A DNA stretch of 64,000 nt, from positions 864,001-928,000 of the forward strand of contig CAWFGE010000012.1 in the NCBI GenBank assembly GCA_963815195.1, written 5' to 3'. The translations under genes and the position numbers were made by a program. Below are positions 43,582 to 52,947 of this stretch, in pieces. The notes below the pieces were generated by a model. That model ran no database searches, was not told the DNA's origin, and saw only the letters and a list, made by a program, of their open reading frames with translations. The stretch's first letter is position 1, and the number at the start of each line of letters is the position of its first letter. This stretch comes from an uncultured Planctomycetaceae bacterium (GTDB taxonomy: Bacteria; Planctomycetota; Planctomycetia; Planctomycetales; Planctomycetaceae).

Positions 43582-43738
43582 ATCCTGGCTCCGCGTCTGG
43601 GCCGAGATTGTTTTGAGTTTTCCAACACGGTCGTCATCGAAGGACGCGCGATGGGAACCCAATGATCGTAACATATCCCCAGCCTGGTCCGCGGAAAACG
43701 TTTCCCCATCCCCAGATTCCCCAAAATCCACGCGCCCC

Positions 43739-43910
43739 CGCCGGGTGCCACTGGCAGGTTGCTGCCAGTGTTTTCCTCAGATCACATTCCAGTTTGATGG
43801 GAGCTTTCGTCAGCCTACTCCGTAAAAGCACTGGCAACAAGTTGCCAGTGGCACCCGAAAGATTTCTTATTGAGAGGACAACGAATTAAACTAACAGTCC
43901 CACCCCGCCG
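43739..43910. mobile_element. 172-bp REPIN-like element A, copy 1
   Basis: Inverted GGGTGCCACTGGCAG..TGCCAGTG / CACTGGCAAC..TTGCCAGTGGCACCC doublet plus a 52-bp tail ending CCACCCCGCCG; four copies in the window. Confidence 0.9.
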
Positions 43911-43960
43911 TTCCAATATTTTTACCCTACGCCCTACGGTATGCCACCCCGCTGCTGCAC

Positions 43961-44584
43961 TCACATTATGACGTTGCCCAAGCTGGACAGTGCTTCTCGA
44001 AGTTCATCCTCAGCACAATTAAACTGCTTTGCGAGGGTTGGTGCATAATCAACTATCGCCGAAGTTATGTTAGGTTGATTCGGTAAGTCCGTTGCCCAAA
44101 CCGAAATCCGTCCCGGCCATTCAATCGCCTCAATCTCATTCCGCCGTTCGTGGGGATTTAGGATCGTGAAGCACGGCCATTTGGGTAGCTTGATGGAACT
44201 AATATCACAATCCATGAACCGGCAGCCATCAAGCACAGCTTCGGAAAAATCGCAGTCCGCGATGCTACCGTTCTCGCAATTGACACCATAATCTGGCCAA
44301 TGTCCGAACTCGTGTCCAACGTAATGGCCTGTGAAAGTGCAGCCACTAATTGCTGCCGCTAACCAAGAAAAATTGGCAAGCTTCTTCTTAACTTCAATTT
44401 GGCAGTCGATTATTTGTACGTTATTCACAATGTGCAGCAACCTTGCCGTGGTTCGCAGGATTAGTCGGCAGTGTCTCAGCGTAAGGTCAGAACCCAAGTA
44501 GTTGTTGTCGTTGTCTGTTAGGATAAGCTCTGTCTCTTCGAGAGTCTGGTTCTCGATGATACGACTTTCAGCATAATCTGGCAT
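43961..44584 (-). CDS. AT-richer hypothetical protein with beta-helix/pentapeptide-like segments
   Basis: RBS GAGAAGGA; CDFSEAVLDGCRFMDCD; visibly lower GC than the flanking core genes. Confidence 0.75.
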   Translation of the reverse strand: MPDYAESRIIENQTLEETELILTDNDNNYLGSDLTLRHCRLILRTTARLLHIVNNVQIIDCQIEVKKKLANFSWLAAAISGCTFTGHYVGHEFGHWPDYGVNCENGSIADCDFSEAVLDGCRFMDCDISSIKLPKWPCFTILNPHERRNEIEAIEWPGRISVWATDLPNQPNITSAIVDYAPTLAKQFNCAEDELREALSSLGNVIM

Positions 44585-44692
44585 GTCCTTCTCCCGAGTG
44601 TGATGTTAAATCAAAATTCGATCATGCGGAACAAAACATCGGCCATCCGTCGGGCATGAAGATCCAAGTTGAACCGAGTAAGTGTAGTAAGT

Positions 44693-44713
44693 GTAGGGCC
44701 GGCTGTGCCGGCC
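44693..44713 (+). repeat. GTAG-type REP flanking the RAYT
   Basis: GTAGGGCCGGCTGTGCCGGCC, perfect inverse of 45317-45337. Confidence 0.9.
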
Positions 44714-44726
44714 TTTTGCCTTTTGT

Positions 44727-45293
44727 TTACTCGCCGGCGGTTTCTTCAATGTCGGAGAAATCCAGCACGCCGTATTTCTCCCAACAGGCCCAATGGTCGG
44801 GATATACACCCTTCTTAACCCAGCGGTGAAAACTGGACCACGGCCATTCGCGGGGGCATCGCACGTAACCGTGTTTCACCGGATTGTAATTTATGTAATC
44901 GAAATGCCGCTCGAAATCGTCCTCCGTCTCCAACGTATGCTCCCAAAACTTTGGTTGCCACACCCCGCGTCGGCCGTCCCGTTTGCGGCCCTCGGTTTGT
45001 CGTTGTTCGCAGCCTCCGAGCGCCAGCCAGTTTTTTGTAAATTCCTTCTTGATCCAACCCCACCGTGTGGAGTAGGCCTTATCGCCGGGCGGCAGCGACC
45101 AGATGGCGTGCAGATGGTCGTGAAGCAGCACAAGTGCGTTGATCGTGAACGGCCATTTCATCCGGCAGCGGCGAATGATGCTGCCGAGCATGGGCCGCGC
45201 CGGGATGCCCGTCAAAAAGCGTGCCCGACGGTCGGAGACGACCGTGAAAAAGAATGAGCCTCCGGGAACATGGGCGCGTCGCCAGTTGGGCAT
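44727..45293 (-). CDS. rayT: REP-associated tyrosine transposase (RAYT/TnpA-REP, HUH Y1)
   Basis: MPNWRR..VPGG.FFFTV, HUH motif DHLHAIW, WQPKFWEH, catalytic Y in YINYNPVKHG, WPWSSF; flanked by inverted GTAG REPs. Confidence 0.93.
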   Translation of the reverse strand: MPNWRRAHVPGGSFFFTVVSDRRARFLTGIPARPMLGSIIRRCRMKWPFTINALVLLHDHLHAIWSLPPGDKAYSTRWGWIKKEFTKNWLALGGCEQRQTEGRKRDGRRGVWQPKFWEHTLETEDDFERHFDYINYNPVKHGYVRCPREWPWSSFHRWVKKGVYPDHWACWEKYGVLDFSDIEETAGE

Positions 45294-45316
45294 GATCGTC
45301 GTTCTCCTCATCGAAA

Positions 45317-45361
45317 GGCCGGCACAGCCGGCCCTACGTGGCTAACAGTGCCACCCCGCCG
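45317..45361 (-). repeat. GTAG REP followed by the 20-bp terminus of element A
   Basis: GGCCGGCACAGCCGGCCCTAC then CTAACAGTGCCACCCCGCCG (45342-45361). Confidence 0.88.
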
Positions 45362-45391
45362 CGGCGGGCCCTACTTCCCTTAGACCGGTTT

Positions 45392-45940
45392 CTACGTGAG
45401 TGGAGCGATTGGCGGAAATGGGTGAAATCCCGGTTCGCTGAATCTGATGTTATCCTCTTTTTGGAGCAGATCTAGGACAGTCGGGGATGCGATGACAACC
45501 GTAGTGTCGTTATCAATGTACGAAGCGAAAAAGCGATCCTCGATTCCTTCGTTTTGCAGCTCGGAGTTCAACGCTCCTAATGTCCGATTCGTGGTCGTGA
45601 GCCAAAAACTGGCGTGACTATCCTCGGGCATTCGCCAAAGCATGAAGCGATCCCCATTTATGAACAGGTCAGCGCGTTTGCCTTGTACGAACGGCATTTC
45701 CAATTGGTGGATCGTTAATCCTAATTGCTCCAATGATGGCTCTACGGAGCGAATGAAGCCGATCGGCCCCCTCTCGGCTATATCTTCTGCGTCTAAGTCG
45801 AAAACGCGGTTCGTACCCTGTTGCAGTATGTAGTTCGACTCGACACATTGCTGGCGCACTTTGTCGGCCATCTCGGTTGAGCAGAGATTGTAAAATCCCA
45901 GGTAATCCAAGGCGTCGACAAGTTTTTGTATATCAGTCAT
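45392..45940 (-). CDS. AT-richer hypothetical protein
   Basis: 182-aa ORF, visibly lower GC, bounded by repeats. Confidence 0.75.
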   Translation of the reverse strand: MTDIQKLVDALDYLGFYNLCSTEMADKVRQQCVESNYILQQGTNRVFDLDAEDIAERGPIGFIRSVEPSLEQLGLTIHQLEMPFVQGKRADLFINGDRFMLWRMPEDSHASFWLTTTNRTLGALNSELQNEGIEDRFFASYIDNDTTVVIASPTVLDLLQKEDNIRFSEPGFHPFPPIAPLT

Positions 45941-45984
45941 TTTGTATTACGCAATCGCAGTGCCATTTGGAACGAAATTGAAGG

Positions 45985-46156
45985 CGCCGGGTGCCACTGG
46001 CAGCTTGCTGCCAGTGTTTTCCTCAGATCACATTCCAGTTTGATGGGAGCTTTCGTCAGCCTACTCCGTAAAAGCACTGGCAACAAGTTGCCAGTGGCAC
46101 CCGAAAGATTTCTTATTGAGAGGACAACGAATTAAACTAACAGTGCCACCCCGCCG
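45985..46156. mobile_element. 172-bp element A, copy 2
   Basis: Appears identical to copy 3 and nearly identical to copy 1. Confidence 0.9.
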
Positions 46157-46265
46157 CGACCCAAGGTTGCAAGCAACCTGCGCCACCCTGCGAATAGGTT
46201 AAATCGGAACATGGCATTTTCCAAAATTAAGGTTGCAGCCGTGGGGATACATGCTGGTTTCGGGA

Positions 46266-46883
46266 TCACCGTTTAACCACCAACTTGTCAGCCGATTCAG
46301 AGACCGGCCCGCCGGGATACCAAATCTTGGATTTGACGTGGTTCATCTTGTAAATCCGAGTTAGCGGCGTATGCCATTCTTCGGCGACTTCAGGGGTGTC
46401 GATCTCCCCAATTGTCGGCGACCGGAGCAATTCAGCGACGGGCTGTTCCGGCAGAACGGCCTTGCCGTCGAATCGGTTCTCGATCACCGAAGCGGCTTTC
46501 CGGAGAGCGATTCGCTCCCTCAATTTGGATCGTTGCGCGACCCCTTCAGGCGATGCCGTGTAATCGCCACTTTGGACGATGTTCAAGAAATTCACGCAAA
46601 GGGCAACCGACAAAACAACCATGCCCCAACGGACCACGCGAAACAACTTCTCCGAGCGGCAGAACAACCCCACGATCAGGATGGCTAGCGTGGGGATGAT
46701 CCATTCCGCCTTTGGTGTCCCATTGGCGTTCAGAACCAATGTGCAAAGCACGCCGACGACGATCATTGGGACAATGGCATTGATGATCTCGCCGGCTCTC
46801 CGCCCCTTCCCGAATCGGAAGGCGACGAACAGCATCGCCAACACCGATGATCCCGCCAACAAGATGAGATGCAACAAAATCAT
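46266..46883 (-). CDS. Hypothetical membrane protein (about four N-terminal TM helices)
   Basis: RBS GGAGG, hydrophobic segments. Confidence 0.72.
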   Translation of the reverse strand: MILLHLILLAGSSVLAMLFVAFRFGKGRRAGEIINAIVPMIVVGVLCTLVLNANGTPKAEWIIPTLAILIVGLFCRSEKLFRVVRWGMVVLSVALCVNFLNIVQSGDYTASPEGVAQRSKLRERIALRKAASVIENRFDGKAVLPEQPVAELLRSPTIGEIDTPEVAEEWHTPLTRIYKMNHVKSKIWYPGGPVSESADKLVVKR

Positions 46884-47026
46884 GGTATCCGGAACCTCCG
46901 ATCATCGGTAAACGCCGAAACCCCAGGTCGTGCCCGGAATCCCGATCACAAATCTGACTGCTCCATAACAATCGGCCCCGTCGAGCCGGGCTTCCACTGC
47001 GTCGGCGATCTCTTTGGAGAAGCAAC

Positions 47027-47198
47027 CGCCGGGTGCCACTGGCAGCTTGCTGCCAGTGTTTTCCTCAGATCACATTCCAGTTTGATGGGAGCTTTCGTCA
47101 GCCTACTCCGTAAAAGCACTGGCAACAAGTTGCCAGTGGCACCCGAAAGATTTCTTATTGAGAGGACAACGAATTAAACTAACAGTGCCACCCCGCCG
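47027..47198. mobile_element. 172-bp element A, copy 3
   Basis: Same sequence and orientation as copy 2. Confidence 0.9.
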
Positions 47199-47281
47199 CC
47201 ACCGCGGATTTCACCCCGTCCATCCAGCCCGAACTCCCTGGAAACAAGCGAGTTCCCAGCGAAAACGGGGAGCGGCCCCGG

Positions 47282-48042
47282 TTACGTTTCCGTCCCGGAA
47301 TCGCCTTCGCTTTCCACGCCGGGCGGCTCGATCCGGCCGCGGCGCTGCAACCAGCGGGCCATCAGCCAGCAACCGATCGCCCACACGGTCCCCGCGGTCC
47401 AGCCGGCGAGCACGTCCGTCGGCCAGTGCACGCCGAGATACACCCGGCTGACGCCGACCGCGATCGTCAAGAAAATCCCAACCGCCACCAGATAAACCTT
47501 CACCCGCCGCGACTTGTGCGCCGGGCCAAAACGGCCGCGAGCGTAAGGTAAGTGATCGCCGACATCATGGAATGCCCGCTGGGAAAACTGCTTGTGTAAA
47601 CATAGGAGCCGTGGGGCACGAGATCGGGCCGGGGCCGGCTGAAGCCGTACTTCAATATCGACCCCACGAGAATCCCGCCTCCGACCGTAACCGCCAGAAA
47701 CAGCGCCATATGCCCTTTTCGCTCCAAAAGCAGATAACCCACGAGCGCGGCCGTGAGTAGCGTGAGCACCGTCATTCCGCCCAGGGCCGTGAAATCCCGG
47801 CCCATTTCCTCGACCCACCGCGGCCCGATGGGGTCTTTCCGGTCGTGCGGATTTCGGAGCGCCAACAGGATCCTTTCATCCACCGTTTGCGTGTCCTTCT
47901 CGGAGACTTCGTCGGCGAGCGCCGCGAACCCCCACAGCCCGGCCGCGATCACCGCCAGCCCCAACAGCAAGGCCAATTCCTCGCGGAGCAGCCCCCGAAA
48001 AAACGGCTTCCACACCGCGATTCGCTCGCGAATCCATTGCAT
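47282..48042 (-). CDS. PAP2 (phosphatidic acid phosphatase type 2) family protein, frameshift near 47520
   Basis: K..FSRPRP, SFPSGHS, SRVYLGVHWPTDV. Confidence 0.88.
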
Positions 48043-48086
48043 GTCGTCATCGCATTCTTCTAACGCGAAATCACAAACCGCCGGCT

Positions 48087-49529
48087 TCAGGCAAGGATGT
48101 CTTTCACGACGTTCCCCGCCACATCGGTCAGGCGTTCGTCCCGGCCGTTGTGGAAGAACGTCAGCCATTTGTGGTTGAGGCCCAACAGGTGCAAAATCGT
48201 CGCGTGCAGATCGTGGATGTGCACCGGGTTTTCCGCGGCTCTTAAACCAATGGCATCCGTGGCTCCATAGGCTATCCCGCCTTTGACGCCGCCGCCCGCC
48301 ATCCAGACCGTGTAACCCCAGGGGTTGTGATCGCGTCCCGTGCCCTGCTCGCTCATGGGCATCCGCCCGAACTCGCCGCCCCAGATCACCAGCGTGTCTT
48401 TTAAGAGCCCGCGGTCTTTGAGATCTTGAAGCAGCCCCGCCACGGGTTTGTCGGTGCGCCGGCAAAAGGTGCCGTGGTTGTCGAGCACGCTTTTATGGGC
48501 GTCCCAGCCGTTGGTGTCGCCGGAATACACCTGCACGAACCGCACGTCGCGTTCGATCATCCGCCGGGCGAGCAAACACCTGACGCCGAATTCGTGCGTA
48601 TCCTTCTCGCCGATGCCGTAGAGCTTTTGCGTCTCGCGGGATTCCCGGCCGAGATCGACCAGTTCCGGGGCGGCGGACTGCATGCGATAAGCGAGTTCGT
48701 AGGCATTCACGCGGGCGGCCAGTTCGCCGTCGAAATCCCGTTGGGCCAGATGCTCGGCATTGAATTGGCGCACCAAATCTAACGTCGCCTGCTGCTGGGC
48801 CGGTCCGACGCCGGGCTGCGGTTTGAGGTTCAGGATCGGATTTTCGCCGGCGCGCATCGTCGTGCCCTGATAAGTCGCCGGGAGAAACCCGCTGCCCCAC
48901 GCGGGCGGTCCGCCTTTGACGCCGCCGCCCGGATCGGGCAAGACCACGAAGGCGGGCATGTTGCGGTTCTCCGTCCCGAGGCCGTAGCTGACCCAACTGC
49001 CCAGGCTGGGTTTCCCCATCAGGATGCTGCCGGTATTCATTTGATAGACCGACTGCGGATGGTTCACGCTGTCGCCGTGGCAGCTTTTCAGCACGCACAA
49101 GTCGTCCGCGCACTTCGCCAGATGCGGCAGAAAATCGCTGAGTTCCAGGCCCGACTCGCCGTGCTGGCGAAAAGGCTTCACCGGGGCCATCAACGGATTC
49201 TTCGCCACCTTCCGACGGGTCATCACTTGGCCGAAGCTCTCCGGCAGCGGTTGCCCGGCGTATTTGATGAGGTCCGGCTTCTTATCGAACAGATCCATAT
49301 GGCTCGGGCCGCCGTGCATAAAGAGATAAATCACCCGCTTGGCCCGCGCGGGGAAATGCGGCGCTTTCGCGGCGAGGGGATCGTCGGCCGGCTTTTCCGC
49401 CGCCAAACCTTCACCGGCCAACAGCGAAGCCAACGCGATCGCTCCCAGACCGCCGCCCGCATTCAGCAAAAAATCCCGGCGGTTCGGAGTCGCAGATTTT
49501 TGACGAGGAGGCGTGATCGGAAACCGCAT
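48087..49529 (-). CDS. DUF1501 protein (Tat-exported)
   Basis: NRRDFL, AKRVIYLFM.GGPSH.DLFD.KP, WD.H, GEFGR.P, GRDH. Confidence 0.92.
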   Translation of the reverse strand: MRFPITPPRQKSATPNRRDFLLNAGGGLGAIALASLLAGEGLAAEKPADDPLAAKAPHFPARAKRVIYLFMHGGPSHMDLFDKKPDLIKYAGQPLPESFGQVMTRRKVAKNPLMAPVKPFRQHGESGLELSDFLPHLAKCADDLCVLKSCHGDSVNHPQSVYQMNTGSILMGKPSLGSWVSYGLGTENRNMPAFVVLPDPGGGVKGGPPAWGSGFLPATYQGTTMRAGENPILNLKPQPGVGPAQQQATLDLVRQFNAEHLAQRDFDGELAARVNAYELAYRMQSAAPELVDLGRESRETQKLYGIGEKDTHEFGVRCLLARRMIERDVRFVQVYSGDTNGWDAHKSVLDNHGTFCRRTDKPVAGLLQDLKDRGLLKDTLVIWGGEFGRMPMSEQGTGRDHNPWGYTVWMAGGGVKGGIAYGATDAIGLRAAENPVHIHDLHATILHLLGLNHKWLTFFHNGRDERLTDVAGNVVKDILA

Positions 49530-49717
49530 GGCCGATTCTCCCGGCGGGAATAAAAATGGATCGAGGACCTTCCTCAATTATGAGGAAAGAATCCGCCGCT
49601 GAAAAGCCGCATCGAGAGGCTTCCGCGGATTCTCGCCGCCTGGGATTGCGATTTTTCGCTGCGATTGACATAACTGGTGACGAACCAAACGAACCTTCAA
49701 ACACACGAAAAGGAACA

Positions 49718-50080
49718 ATGATGCCGAAGTTGACGGTCGAAGGCGTGGGCGAGTTTGAGGTGCCGGCCGATAAACGGCTAGTGCTGGCTTTGGAGCAAGA
49801 TGCGGGCGTGGATCAGCTCCACGCCTGCGGCGGGAATGCCCGCTGCACCACCTGCCGGGTCGAGTTTCTCGCCGGCGAACCGGACAAAATGACCAAAGCC
49901 GAAAGAGACCTGCTCGCGGCCCGGGGCCTCACCGGCGTGCGGTTGAGCTGCCAGATTCTCTGCGGCCACGACATGAGCGTGAAGTGCATCAGCCGGTTGG
50001 AAGGCAGCGGCCGCGCCGACGCCGGCTCTCCCGTCGCCGAAGACATCCACCCCCAACCCGTTGAATGGGTGGAGAAGTAG
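49718..50080 (+). CDS. 2Fe-2S ferredoxin
   Basis: CGGNARCTTC...RLSCQ; RBS AAAGGA. Confidence 0.88.
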   Translation: MMPKLTVEGVGEFEVPADKRLVLALEQDAGVDQLHACGGNARCTTCRVEFLAGEPDKMTKAERDLLAARGLTGVRLSCQILCGHDMSVKCISRLEGSGRADAGSPVAEDIHPQPVEWVEK

Positions 50081-50218
50081 TCTCCCGTAGCGCCGGCTTC
50101 CAGCCGCCGAGATGCATCCCCGGCGCGAAGATGCCGCCGCGACATGGAAACACCCTGCTCAACAAAGCTTGAGCAGGGCATCATTTGCCGAAGGTTGACA
50201 GGAAGTAGCACAAAACAG

Positions 50219-51178
50219 TCAGAATGCGCTCAGGCCCGTGCCTTTGGGCGCTTGAGGCGGAGCCATCTCCGCCAGCGCCGATGCGACGGCCTCGGCCACG
50301 GATCGATCGATGCCGGCCCCGTTTAAGTCGGCCGGCAGGTTTTCAAAAGCCACGGCTTCTTCGGAGAGGCCAATCGTGGACGCGATCAACTCGCTGATGC
50401 CCGCCGGGTCCTCCAGACGCAGCACATGCTGCCCCAACAGATCCCGCCAGCAATCGAGAATGCTCGGGTCGTTGTAGTAGGAAGTCAGGTTCGGCAGCAC
50501 ATAGTAAATCTCGAACTTCTCCCGGGCCTCGGCAAGGATGTCCCGGATCGGAATGTCGGCTTGCAGTTTCTCGCCGAAGACCGCTTCCACTTCCCGCCGC
50601 TTGACTTTCTTGTAGGGCATTTCGTCCCCGATAATGAACGCATAACCCTTCTTTCCGCGTTTTTCCAGGCAATCCATCGCCGTCTTGCGGGCGAGAAAAT
50701 ACAAGGCGAGCTCGTAAGACTCCGTCTTCTGCCCGCCGCCTCCGCCTTCGAGATACAAGTTCCCCAGGTCGTTCTCGATCTCGTTGCCGGACTCAAACTG
50801 CCCGATCTGTAAGGGCACCAGGTCGCAGGTCGCATCGCCAATGGCCCCGATTAAAATCGAGGGATCGTCGAGATAACCCCGCCGGAGACAAAGCCCCATC
50901 AGCGTGGGCAGGTTCTTCTGCAGGATGCGGGGCACCTGTTGCATCGAGCCGGTGACATCGAACAGCACCGCGACGGCATTACTTTGGGGATGGGCTTCGC
51001 TGTCCCGGGCTTCGCGAAGTCCGTGCTTCATCTTGGCCGGGTCCATTTTTTCATGGACGCCCGCGCGGACCCGCCGCTCGCGAATGTCCTCGTCGTAGCC
51101 GAAGGCCGACCGGTTCGCGGCCGACAGGCTCCGGGCTCTCGCGTGATAATGTTCGTCGGACCATCGGGTTCCCCCCAT
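50219..51178 (-). CDS. vWA-like domain protein
   Basis: RBS GAAAGGAG; MIDAS-like FDVTGSM, AIGDA, EGGGGG...ESYELA, FIIGDE. Confidence 0.8.
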   Translation of the reverse strand: MGGTRWSDEHYHARARSLSAANRSAFGYDEDIRERRVRAGVHEKMDPAKMKHGLREARDSEAHPQSNAVAVLFDVTGSMQQVPRILQKNLPTLMGLCLRRGYLDDPSILIGAIGDATCDLVPLQIGQFESGNEIENDLGNLYLEGGGGGQKTESYELALYFLARKTAMDCLEKRGKKGYAFIIGDEMPYKKVKRREVEAVFGEKLQADIPIRDILAEAREKFEIYYVLPNLTSYYNDPSILDCWRDLLGQHVLRLEDPAGISELIASTIGLSEEAVAFENLPADLNGAGIDRSVAEAVASALAEMAPPQAPKGTGLSAF

Positions 51179-51194
51179 GATTGGCTCCTTTCTG

Positions 51195-52160
51195 TTAAGA
51201 CATGTCAAGAGGGTGAAATGCGGGAGGGCCGTAAAGCCCTTCCAGAATTGCGCCAAATTCCTGGCGGACGTTCCATGCGCTTTGCGACCGCATGGTGGGC
51301 GATTCGAGCAAACAGCCTTTCACAAACCGCTCGATCGCGGGCGGAACGTGCTCGGGCATCAAGTTCAAAACCGGATCGCCGCCGGCCAGATAGATCAGGC
51401 TTTTCGCGGCGAGGTAAATATCCACGGAAGGCGTGGCGGGATGTTTTTTCTTGCACTCCGGCGGGTACCAGTCCTTGAACCGCTCGGGAACGAGCTTGAG
51501 GGAGGTGTTCGCTTTCTCTGCGTGAATCCAGCCCACAACGAGGAGGCCGTGGTTCTCGGGGTGAAACAACAAATGCGGCGGCAGCACCGCCCCGTGAACA
51601 TAGCCCTGCTCGTGCACGAACCCCAACGCTTCCAACACGCGGTTGAACATCCAGCCCAGATGCCGGCCGTCCAAGCCGCGGTGATGCCGATCCAAAATCT
51701 GCTCCGCCGAGTAAAACCCCTCCCGCCAGGTAGAGACGTTGACGAGGCCCCGCTTGTGCGGAAACAATTCCACCGGCTGCGGGAAATACTGCCGATAAAC
51801 CTTTTCGCTGCTTTGCTTCTCGAGATGCTGGAGCAGCGAAAACTCATTCGCCATCAAGCGTTTGCCGCTCCGCACGTCGGTGATTTTGAGCACGTATTCC
51901 GCCTCTCCGCTTTTCGCGCGGTGCACCTCGCACAGATCGCCCGAGCCGATGGGCTCGATCATCTCATAGGTCCGCCGGGGCGAGACAATTTCTGATACGC
52001 TTAGGACCTCCGAATTTTTCGGCGGACCGGGATTCGGTTTCCAGAATCTCCTTCTCAAGTGCTCTTGAAACATCGCCAGCACCGTCGCCATCACCAGCAA
52101 CGTGAGAATCGTCCAGCCGGCGGCATTGGATTCCTGAAAGACATCGAGCCAGCGGTCCAT
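51195..52160 (-). CDS. Protein-kinase-fold protein with degenerate catalytic motifs and an N-terminal TM helix
   Basis: IGSGD, VLK, E helix, HGAVLPPH in place of HRDxxxxN, VGW in place of DFG, WYPPE, DIY. Confidence 0.75.
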   Translation of the reverse strand: MDRWLDVFQESNAAGWTILTLLVMATVLAMFQEHLRRRFWKPNPGPPKNSEVLSVSEIVSPRRTYEMIEPIGSGDLCEVHRAKSGEAEYVLKITDVRSGKRLMANEFSLLQHLEKQSSEKVYRQYFPQPVELFPHKRGLVNVSTWREGFYSAEQILDRHHRGLDGRHLGWMFNRVLEALGFVHEQGYVHGAVLPPHLLFHPENHGLLVVGWIHAEKANTSLKLVPERFKDWYPPECKKKHPATPSVDIYLAAKSLIYLAGGDPVLNLMPEHVPPAIERFVKGCLLESPTMRSQSAWNVRQEFGAILEGLYGPPAFHPLDMS

Positions 52161-52175
52161 GTTGCCCCCTTTCCC

Positions 52176-52937
52176 TCAGCGGTTTGACGGCTTTTTGAAA
52201 CGATAGAGTTCCGCCGGGCGGTGGCCTACGTCGGCTTCGCGTTGTCCCGTGGGCACGATCAAACCGGAACCTGAGAGCCGCCGGCGAAACGAATCTTTAT
52301 TGTACCGCCGGCCGAGGATGGTTTCGTGAATGGATTGCAATTGCCGGAGCGTGAATTTCGCCGGCAAGAGCTCGAACCCGATCGGGGCATAATCCAATTT
52401 CCCCCGCAACCGTTTGACCGCGAGGCCCAGAATCTCCGCGTGATCGAACGCGATCGGCAGTTTTTTTCCTGTCTCATCCACCGCCAGGGCCGGTCCGCCG
52501 CGTTCGCCTTTCCAGGGAATTTGGAGGGCGACCAGCCGGGCGTTCTGGTCTTCAAAGCGTTGCCCGATAAGCACCTGGGCATCGACCAGGGCATAATACG
52601 CCACCGTGATGACCCGCGTCCGCGGATCGCGGCGGGGATCGCCGAAGGTGTAAAGCTGCTCCAAAAAAATCCCCCCGAGGCCGACTTTGGTTTCCAGCAC
52701 CCGCCCAGCCGCGGCATCCAGCGACTCCTTCATCCCCACAAACCCGCCCGGCAGACTCCATTTCCCCAATCCCGGATGCTCGCCCCGGCGAATCAGCACC
52801 GCTTTGAGCTGCTCCTCATCCACCGTCACCAGCGCCACATCCACGCTCACGGAAGGATGCGGATACAAGGACGCATCATAGGCGGCGAGAAACTCCTTCT
52901 CGGACAAGACCTCTGGATTCTGCCGCTGTTTTTTCAT
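52176..52937 (-). CDS. nrtR: NrtR-family regulator (NUDIX + C-terminal wHTH)
   Basis: SVDV, WSLPGGFV...ESL, LEQLYTFG.P.RDPR, AFDH..I, FTL..LQ, FRR, RPAELY. Confidence 0.88.
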   Translation of the reverse strand: MKKQRQNPEVLSEKEFLAAYDASLYPHPSVSVDVALVTVDEEQLKAVLIRRGEHPGLGKWSLPGGFVGMKESLDAAAGRVLETKVGLGGIFLEQLYTFGDPRRDPRTRVITVAYYALVDAQVLIGQRFEDQNARLVALQIPWKGERGGPALAVDETGKKLPIAFDHAEILGLAVKRLRGKLDYAPIGFELLPAKFTLRQLQSIHETILGRRYNKDSFRRRLSGSGLIVPTGQREADVGHRPAELYRFKKPSNR

Positions 52938-52947
52938 GCCGACCCCT

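Noticed and set aside
43613..43889. Short ORFs containing GCHWQLAASVFLRSHS (also near 45926, 46869, 53051) as a repeated peptide family
   Set aside because: They are translations of element A with unrelated starts and no RBS.
43739..47198. Classical integron or IS/MITE with terminal inverted repeats
   Set aside because: No IntI tyrosine recombinase, no attC RYYYAAC/GTTRRRY ends and no target-site duplications were seen; element A is asymmetric.
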